Position numbers and translations under genes: made by a program
Virus record (IMG/VR): IMGVR_UViG_3300014039_000013
Location: 32,001-96,000 of that record
DNA: 64,000 bases
Strand: one strand, 5' to 3'
From: a virus
Taxonomy: Duplodnaviria > Caudoviricetes
Notes under the pieces: model-generated
The model's input: only the letters and a program-made list of their open reading frames with translations
Database searches by the model: none
What the model was told of the DNA's origin: nothing
Shown here: positions 34,752-43,400 of the stretch, one piece after another
Layout of the letters: each line of letters starts with the position of its first letter
How positions within the stretch are numbered: position 1 is the first letter of the stretch

Positions 34752-36092
34752 TTATTGATAAATATATACATTGTGTCTTGCACGTGATAAAGCTACATAC
34801 TGAAGTTGTCGTTTCATTTCAGAATCATAGCAGGTATTAATATCTTTCATATCTACATAAATATTATTCAAAGTACTTCCTTGTAATTTATGCACTGTAA
34901 CTGCATAACCTTTATTAAAAGATTTACCTCGAATTAATCTATTATCATAGTATAAATCTCTAGAAGATGCAAAACTATTTATTGTATTAAAATATTGTTT
35001 CCATCTTTTAGATTTCTGATAATTAGTTTTTGACTCTAAAGCAAAAATTCTTAATGATTCAATTGTATAAGCTAATGCAATATATTCATTATCGTTTAAT
35101 GTATTAGAAATTATATTTATATTTCCATATTCTTTTGTTCCAGTATCAAATAAAGTTAATTTGAATCCTGGAAGAGTATGATAATTAGGAATATTAATAT
35201 CTATTGATGTAACATTTTTAATAATATAATCCATAGAATTATAATATTGAAAATTATTAAACAATAGATTTTCATTTCCCATTAGAATTTCTAATTTATG
35301 ATATTCTTCAGAATCATTAAATATAGCCTTAGTTAAATATTCATTATAATTGTTAACTCTGCTATTTTTAAATGCTGTTATTTTAGCTTCAAAAATATCT
35401 TCATTTTTTATAGCATTATAAATTCCATTTTTACAAAGATTAAAAAATGATTTAAAATCAGACTCACAGAGAAGACTTCCGTCTTCACCAATAGAAGTAT
35501 TAAACTTATTTATAGGATGCTCTCTGAGAATCTGTAAAGTATCTAAAATGGCATTTTTTTCTGATTGTCTAAAGATTTTTGTAAGAACAATTTGATTTTT
35601 TAAAGTATAAACTTTACTTTTATTTTCTGATTTTACAGGAGCGAGTTGTTTAGAATCTGATACAAAAAGCATTTTTGTATTAAGTTCTTCACATTTTTGT
35701 TTTAATAAATCAAACAAATCATCATTAATCATTGAACCTTCATCACAAATCACAATTCCATTTTTTGGAATTTCTTTTGAACTTTTAGATTGAAATATTA
35801 AGTCATTAAAATCTAATTCAAAAATATCTAATTTAGGAGAAAGAGACAATAATTTATGTAATGTCATTGCTTCTCTGTGTGTATAATGCTCAAGTACTGT
35901 TTTGGCTTTATGAGTTGGCGCACATAAACAATATTTAATATGCTCTGATTCTAAATATTGAATAATATATGAAATTAATAAACTTTTTCCACTTCCTCCA
36001 GCCCCACAAAGACTAATAGCAAAATCTTTATTTTTTAAAAATAATTTAATTTGCTCTAAAGCATTTACTTGTTCATCACTTAACTTTATCAT
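34752..36092 (-). CDS. SF1 helicase (Dda/RecD-like)
   Basis: GAGGSGKS, APTHKA, DEGSM, QLAPV, IFRQ, YAVTVHKLQGST, YVALSRA. Confidence 0.9.
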   Translation of the reverse strand: MIKLSDEQVNALEQIKLFLKNKDFAISLCGAGGSGKSLLISYIIQYLESEHIKYCLCAPTHKAKTVLEHYTHREAMTLHKLLSLSPKLDIFELDFNDLIFQSKSSKEIPKNGIVICDEGSMINDDLFDLLKQKCEELNTKMLFVSDSKQLAPVKSENKSKVYTLKNQIVLTKIFRQSEKNAILDTLQILREHPINKFNTSIGEDGSLLCESDFKSFFNLCKNGIYNAIKNEDIFEAKITAFKNSRVNNYNEYLTKAIFNDSEEYHKLEILMGNENLLFNNFQYYNSMDYIIKNVTSIDINIPNYHTLPGFKLTLFDTGTKEYGNINIISNTLNDNEYIALAYTIESLRIFALESKTNYQKSKRWKQYFNTINSFASSRDLYYDNRLIRGKSFNKGYAVTVHKLQGSTLNNIYVDMKDINTCYDSEMKRQLQYVALSRARHNVYIYQ

Positions 36093-36276
36093 AAATTGGT
36101 TTCCAAATATTTACATGTATTCTTTTATGATTTGGGTCTATAAGCCAATCTATTGTATTTAAATCAAATCCTTGACTTTTAATATATTCTTCTATTTCTT
36201 GTTTGCTTTCAAGATTAGGTGCTGTTTTAATAATATCTACACACAAATCTTTATGATTAAGAATTGCTATTTCCAT
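36076..36276 (-). CDS. Hypothetical protein, tandem paralog of 36257-36451
   Basis: IAILNHKDLCVDII versus IIVLNYEDCSVDII. Confidence 0.6.
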   Translation of the reverse strand: MEIAILNHKDLCVDIIKTAPNLESKQEIEEYIKSQGFDLNTIDWLIDPNHKRIHVNIWKPIYDKVK

Positions 36277-36451
36277 ATTGTGTTGAATTTCTAAAATTAA
36301 TATTTAACTCTTGATCTTCTACTATCATATAATAACATTCATTCTCGTTATAATGTTGATGAAACCAATCTTCTTCTGAAACATTAGTTTCTTTAAAATC
36401 AATTATATCAACACTACAATCTTCGTAGTTTAATACTATAATCTTAGTCAT
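36257..36451 (-). CDS. Hypothetical protein, tandem paralog of 36076-36276
   Basis: Shared N-terminal motif with the paralog. Confidence 0.6.
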   Translation of the reverse strand: MTKIIVLNYEDCSVDIIDFKETNVSEEDWFHQHYNENECYYMIVEDQELNINFRNSTQYGNSNS

Positions 36452-36632
36452 TTGTAAACCCTTTAATTGATGTTTTATTAGTATTTTTTTCTTCTCCTAA
36501 TTCCTCTCTAACTTTGACATTAGTTGTATATCTAATATCTTGATAGATGGGTTTATTAAAAAGATAATGAGTTATATTACATATTGCTTTTCCTTTTTCA
36601 AAGTACTCTTTACCTTCCCTTTTGTAAATCAT
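36444..36632 (-). CDS. Hypothetical protein
   Basis: 62-aa ORF overlapping both neighbours. Confidence 0.5.
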   Translation of the reverse strand: MIYKREGKEYFEKGKAICNITHYLFNKPIYQDIRYTTNVKVREELGEEKNTNKTSIKGFTND

Positions 36633-37155
36633 AAAGTATTACTGTGTTATTATTAATAGACTTCTTCACATCAATAATTCTTTGATTTGAACTACCTCTC
36701 CAATAAAGATTTAAATCCTTTCGTTCTTCTATAAATTTACCATCAATGAGTACATCTATATAATTAAGAACCTCGGGTTCATTTTTTAATATATCTTCAT
36801 AAAGATATCCAGTCCATAACCATACTGGTTTGTTAGAAGCCTTACACATTTTCAATAATATTCTAACATTAGAAATACTATCTGCTATATAATCACTATC
36901 GAAGTTTAAATCATCCTTCATTATCCAATATAAAGGATCACCTCCTAATATAGAGATACCATCAATTTTTGGATTATCCACACATCTCTGAATTTTATCA
37001 GCAACGTCTATAAAATTAACTCCTGCTAATGGATTCCAAGTCTGAGGAGACCAGCATCCTTTACAACGGTTATTACATCCTGCTAACCAGATACTGCATC
37101 TAATTCCAGGGCCATTAACAACATCATATTGTTGATACTTTAGTATTTTAAGCAT
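36610..37155 (-). CDS. nrdG: Anaerobic ribonucleotide reductase activase (radical SAM)
   Basis: NGPGIR..GCNNRCKGC, GGDP, WTGY, DVLIDG, RGSSNQR. Confidence 0.95.
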   Translation of the reverse strand: MLKILKYQQYDVVNGPGIRCSIWLAGCNNRCKGCWSPQTWNPLAGVNFIDVADKIQRCVDNPKIDGISILGGDPLYWIMKDDLNFDSDYIADSISNVRILLKMCKASNKPVWLWTGYLYEDILKNEPEVLNYIDVLIDGKFIEERKDLNLYWRGSSNQRIIDVKKSINNNTVILYDLQKGR

Positions 37156-37447
37156 TATTTAATATATTTTTGATTATATTAAGATTTTCATTTGATAATG
37201 GATTTAATTCTAATTGTTCAGTTATTTCATTATACTGATCTAGAAAATCACAATATCTTGGATCATATCCTTCAATATTGCTTTCAAAGACATTTTCACT
37301 AAACATATTATTTTCAATATAATTAATTATATCTGATAAAGTAAAATACCCATCATGTCTAGCTTCATTAATTATATCTTTTAATAATTTAGGCATATTA
37401 AATGTTACCTCGGTTGGTAAATTTAATAATATAGTAATATTATCCAT
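37148..37447 (-). CDS. Hypothetical protein
   Basis: 99-aa ORF between nrdD and nrdG. Confidence 0.6.
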   Translation of the reverse strand: MDNITILLNLPTEVTFNMPKLLKDIINEARHDGYFTLSDIINYIENNMFSENVFESNIEGYDPRYCDFLDQYNEITEQLELNPLSNENLNIIKNILNNA

Positions 37448-37455
37448 AAGTATAT

Positions 37456-37484
37456 AAAAATAGCCAGATTTTACTCTGGCTATT
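37456..37484 (-). terminator. Intrinsic terminator after nrdD
   Basis: AATAGCCAGA/TCTGGCTATT stem followed by a U tract on the minus strand. Confidence 0.7.
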
Positions 37485-37490
37485 ATTTTA

Positions 37491-40400
37491 TTAAAAATGT
37501 TTTACGCGATTATTTATGTCTGCTATTCTTCCTTTAGAAATACCATTAGTTAGAATACCAATATCATTTATACCCCACCTTTCAGTGTATTTATTTTATT
37601 ATTAAAATAAATTTCTATATTATTTTTTTCTATATCCGAAAGCTTACTAATTTCAGATTGAATTACTTTGTCATTTTCTTTAAATCTAAATTCTTTTTGA
37701 AAATAAACTTCACATAAATAACGTAAATATACAGCTTCTTCTTTTTTATTAAATTGCTTAAAGTAATATCTTACATTTTTATATCTAAAGTCTATTTTCC
37801 ATTTAGAATTAGATTTAATTTGAATAACTCCTCGAAATCCTGATTTATTATTTTTACATTTATCCATATTTAACTGGTTGTCTTCTTTATTTATAATACG
37901 TAAATTAGATTTACGATTATCTAAAGAATTTCCATTAATGTGATCTATTTCTTTATTTACAGGATTTCCCATTATCAATCTATGAAAATATTCTTTTTGT
38001 GATATTTGATTACCTGTAACCAGATATGGTTTTTCACCATTATCTTTTAATATGGTTCTCCATTTAAATTTTTTAGCTTCTTCTAAATTATCTTTATCAA
38101 ATATATATGTAAATAATACATTTCCGTGTTGGTCATATGTATCTATTTCACAATAATTGTCTAATACTCGTATTTCATTTGGATCAAATACACCTCTTGA
38201 ATTTGTGTCTAAATTATGTCCAAATTTTATAAACTGATGCATATGTTTTTTTACATAAAAACATATTAAATTTTTTACTGTAATTGACAATTTTTTCATC
38301 TGAAGATATTCCACAAATATCACAAAATTTAGTAGTTTTTCGCATATAAATATAGTTTAAATTAGTAATAAGGGATTAGACTATACCTTCATCTAAATTA
38401 GATGCGCCTTGGTAGTCGTTGAGAGCTTCCCAGTAACTATATAAATATACGTATATAATTTGGGATTCCAAAATTATATTAACATTTAGTTAATAGGCTA
38501 TCTCTGCTGATTGTCCAATTTTCTTAATTTTTTAACATTCAAGCTTATTCTTTACAAATTACTTTGTAGTTTAAGAAACTTTAGGAGTTTCCAGCATATT
38601 CAGCGTTTTCTATATATATCACTATATAAAGGGGCATATTAGTTTACCCGCATAACCTGCGTTCTGCATACAATTTATGTCTATCGGTCTCTCCACAATT
38701 AGGACAACTAAGATTACCTTGATTATCCATATGAATTTCTCCTTCATAGCCACAAGTATAACATACATCGCACGAAGTGGTATTTAACTCACAGTACATC
38801 ATATTATCATAAATACATTTCATAATATTTAGTACTGCTTCTGGGTTTTTACGTATATCTGGCATTTCGCAATAACTTATACACAATTTTTACTTTTTAA
38901 TTTATTAACTACATACTCTTTTATAGATAAAAACTGAGATTTTTTAATTTTATTTTTAATAATTTTTTCTTTTTTCTTTTGTTCAGAAGTATTTTGAAAC
39001 TCTTTAAATAATATTTTCTCAGCAATATATCTAGCACATACAGCTTCTTCTATTGTATACCATCTACATAAATGTATTCTACTTTTACCAAATCGAATTT
39101 CTGCTGCCCATTGATTTCTTGATTTATCTAAATATACACCAATGTAATTAGAAGTATTATTAGACATAAATGTCTTATTGCAAACATTTTCAAATTGTTT
39201 ACAAATACGTAGATTAGACCTACAATTATTTAAAGGATTACTATCAATATGGTCAACAACCTCATCATCTTTCGGATTTAATAATATTCTGTGAAGCCAT
39301 GTTGTTGGATTTGTTTTTGTACAATTTCCTGTAACAATGTATCCTTTTGAACTTAGTCTCCATTTTTTATATTTAATTAAATCTATATCAGATTTATCTA
39401 TTATAAATTCTGTAACCTTTTCATTTCTTTGATTATATACATTAAATATTGCAATATCATTTTTAATAATATAATCATTAAAATCATTAGTTGTTCTAGG
39501 ATTATTGTCTAGAGGTTTACCATATTTATGTATTTGATGCATATGTTTAGAGCATACATCTTTATATCCTTTTAAAGTATATACTTTTGTATTTTTTCTA
39601 TTACATATACTACATGTGCCTATTTTTATTGTATGTGACATAAATTAAAAATTAAAATTAGACTATATCTTCTTAGTAGCGGAATCCGCCTTTTAAGCTG
39701 TGCGCTTGGAATAGGTAATCACTTCCTATCCTACAGGGTTACACTCATCACCCTTAGTCGTTACACCTTCAAGAATTAAAAAATTCAAGCTTGGCACGGT
39801 ATTATCAAAAAGACTTCACCGTTAGCTATTTATAAAAATAACACCCTTGATTAAAAGTTCACACAGTTTTAGGAAGCTGTATTACCAACCTCCTGATGAA
39901 TATTCTTGAAAAGGAGCTTCAAATTCTATCTTTGAATACCCATCAATCTTATATTCTACAGGTATATGATAGCTATTAGTTATATAATCTCTATCATTAA
40001 CATGTTTTTCTATAGGAAATTGTTTTAAAGCATTAGCAAATTTAGTAACAGTGGCTTCTGCAGGAGTACCATATAAAGATAATGCTAAATGATACTTTTC
40101 TTTATTTAAATTAGTTCTATCATACATATGTTTTAATATATCAAGACCTAATTGTTGTCCTTCTTTAGTGCCGTACTCTTTACCAAAATGATAAACACAT
40201 TCTGCAATACCCATATAACCTATAGATGCAGAACAATATTCATCTTTAATAGCTTCACCTATTTTACTTCCTACAGGTAATCTTGCAAAAGCCCCATAAT
40301 TCCAAAGTATAGGAGCTACATCTGTATTTACATTAGATATTTGATTAAATATCTTATTTTGTTCAGAGGAAATCTTATCAATTATATCATCTAACTTATT

Positions 40401-43400
40401 TAAAAAATCATTATAATCTTTTGATTCTAATGCTAGATAAGGTAAATTGATAGAAATTACACCAATGTTTACAATCGATCTCTTATTACTAAGAGGATTA
40501 GACTATCTCTTCATTGTTATTTTCAACAATGCTGTGCACTTCGGATAGTGATAAATTCTATCCTACTGGCTTACACTCATCAGCCATAGTCGTTACACTT
40601 CTAAAATGTTCTAAATTTTTAATATTACCATAATCCAGAACTTCATATCTTTTATTAAACCATTGTCTAATAAACCAACGTTTAATAGAACCATTTTTAG
40701 AAGAATGTCCATCGTATTCAATAAATTTAGATAAAGGGCAAAAAGTTAGCACTGCGTTATTATTTTCTTTATCTTTAACAGTAATATACTTTATACTGCT
40801 TATTTTATGACCATTATTATAACAATCTTTTATATTATCTTTTTGATCACCTATGTGTAAATTTTCAACTCTATTATCTAAAGAGTTATCATTAATATGG
40901 TTAACTTGTTCTCCTTCTTTTAATGGCCTCATCCATACTTCTGCAATAATTCTATGCAATGCAATATGTTGTTGTTTATGTGTAGTTTTATTAAGAATGT
41001 CTATATATTTATACATTTTATTTCTTGTTTTTCTACACATTGGTTTTAATAAAGTTTTTGAATAAACAGAATATACATCACCTAATTTATTTACATAATA
41101 CCAAGTGTCTCTAAACTATTTAAATTCTTGTTCATTAATAATTATAGTATTCATACTCAAAAATATTTTTGTAGTTTATAATTTTAAAAGCACGGTATTG
41201 ACCCATATAGGTTTTCACCGTTAGCAAGCAATTAAGCTCACACCGTTTTTTCTTACGTTCACACAGTTTAATGACGGCTAAACGATTTGGTCAACCGTCC
41301 CCAGAATTTATACTTACCATCTTTATCTTTCCAAGGATGAAGGAAACTTCTGCACATTTAATCATTTGTCGCCAAATGAACTGACTATATATTCTACATT
41401 TATGATGTAGTCTCCTGTTTCGAGTTTGTGCTTATCTCAAACTCTACTGGCTTACACTCATCAGCCATAGTCGATACACATTTAGGAATATTTTATTCCA
41501 TTTAGCACGGTCTCATCTTATTTAAAAGACCTAACCGTTAGCCCTTAAAGGACACCTCTAAGCGAGTTAAGGAGATTTTACATGGGCTACATATTTCACT
41601 TACCCATGCTTGGAAAGACATTTCCTTCTTTATATTTCTTCATAATCTTAGCTGAAATATAATCAGGAACCATTCTTTTGCATGTACATTCTGCTGCCAA
41701 CTTAGTTACATCATAGTATTTAGTTCCAGGATTTATATTATCTTCATCAAGAACATAGATGAGTTTCAATTTGTTAATCAATATGTTTCCATATTGTTCA
41801 GACTATCTCTTCAATGTGTGGCGCTTCGTAATTAGGGGTTTCACCTAAAAACTACTTCCGTTTCAGGAATAGTCGTTACACTTCTTCTTTATATTTCCAA
41901 ATATATCCGTATGCTGATTTTGCTTTTCCATTACAACAAGCACTTATATTACTGTTTGCTTTTGGATTGCTTGTTAAATCTTTCGTTATAAGCCATTTTG
42001 TAGCTTCGGTCATACTTTTAAATTCTTGTAGGAATTTATTACTTAAATCATACTGTTGTATAGCTTTCCATAAATGAAGTTTTGGTTTTTTAAATTGAGC
42101 CATCATGTTATCACTTACTTTTCTATCATTAAATGACCACTCGTATTGAATATTATATGATGTAGTACACCATTCTAGATTTTTTACATCATTATTTAAC
42201 GGATTACTATCTTTACGATTTATTACTTCATAATTATTTGGATTAGGAATAAAAGCAAAAGCCACAAGTCTATGAACTAAAAATTTGCGAGTTTTATTAT
42301 TAATTCTTAAATCTACACATTCATAACCTTTATTGTTTATATAAGATTTTAAGATTTTTTCTTTTATTTTATAATATCTATCATGTCCAGTATCATAAAC
42401 TAATCTTGATAAAGATTTAATTTTACCTGATTTACTCACAGCATAATTTTCAGTTATTCCAGTTAAAACTTTAAACTTTTCTTCCATATATAAATATTTA
42501 GCACGGTATTATCAGCTATCTATATTATAGACCTTAGATTCTCTTAGTCAGTATATTCGTGAATTATTTATTTTCCCTTATTTCCACTGATACCGTTAGC
42601 ATTAATTAATTAACACACCCTGTATTTACAGGTTCACCACATTTTACTTCCCCAAACAGTTTTAGGGAAGGCTGGATTAATGATATTTCCATTAGGACCC
42701 TTCATTCCTTTAATCCTTTGATTAAATATTTCTTTTATAAGAGCTACATTCTCTTTAGCATAATTATCATTCTCATGTATATAACAGAATACAGAGCAAA
42801 ATGGGCTTTGCACGCCCTCTATATGTTACCATATAGTTTAGACTATCTCTTCACCCTCATCATTACATGTTAGGGGTAAGGCGCTTCGTAATTAGGGGTT
42901 TCACCTAAAAACTACTTCCGTTTCAGGAATAGTCGTTACACTTTCTCTATTATTTATAGAGCTTAGCACGGTATTAACTACATATTTATATTTTTCTAAT
43001 ATATTATCATATATTTTTGGAGCTTTTATATATTGAATAATATGTTTTTCTCCATATCTAAATTTATGATTAAACAAAGAATCTTTTTCTTCTACAACAT
43101 GTACGAATACTTTCTAATTTAAATCTAGTTAACCTCGAAGCTGATTCAAGATCTTTATATTTCTTATTTTCAGTAAAATCAAGTATATAGTTTACATTTC
43201 GTTCACTTATAGGAAGGTTTACAATAACAGGTTTATCGTTTTCTAAATATCTATATATGTTTATAAGCAGAGTGTCTATCTCCTCTTGCTGATGCGCATA
43301 TTTTTGTTACTCCTGATGCACCTAATCCTAAATGAATACTGGCTTCTGTAGCACTATCAAATATTTCTCCAGTTGTTATGTCAATAATAGGTTTAGAAGA

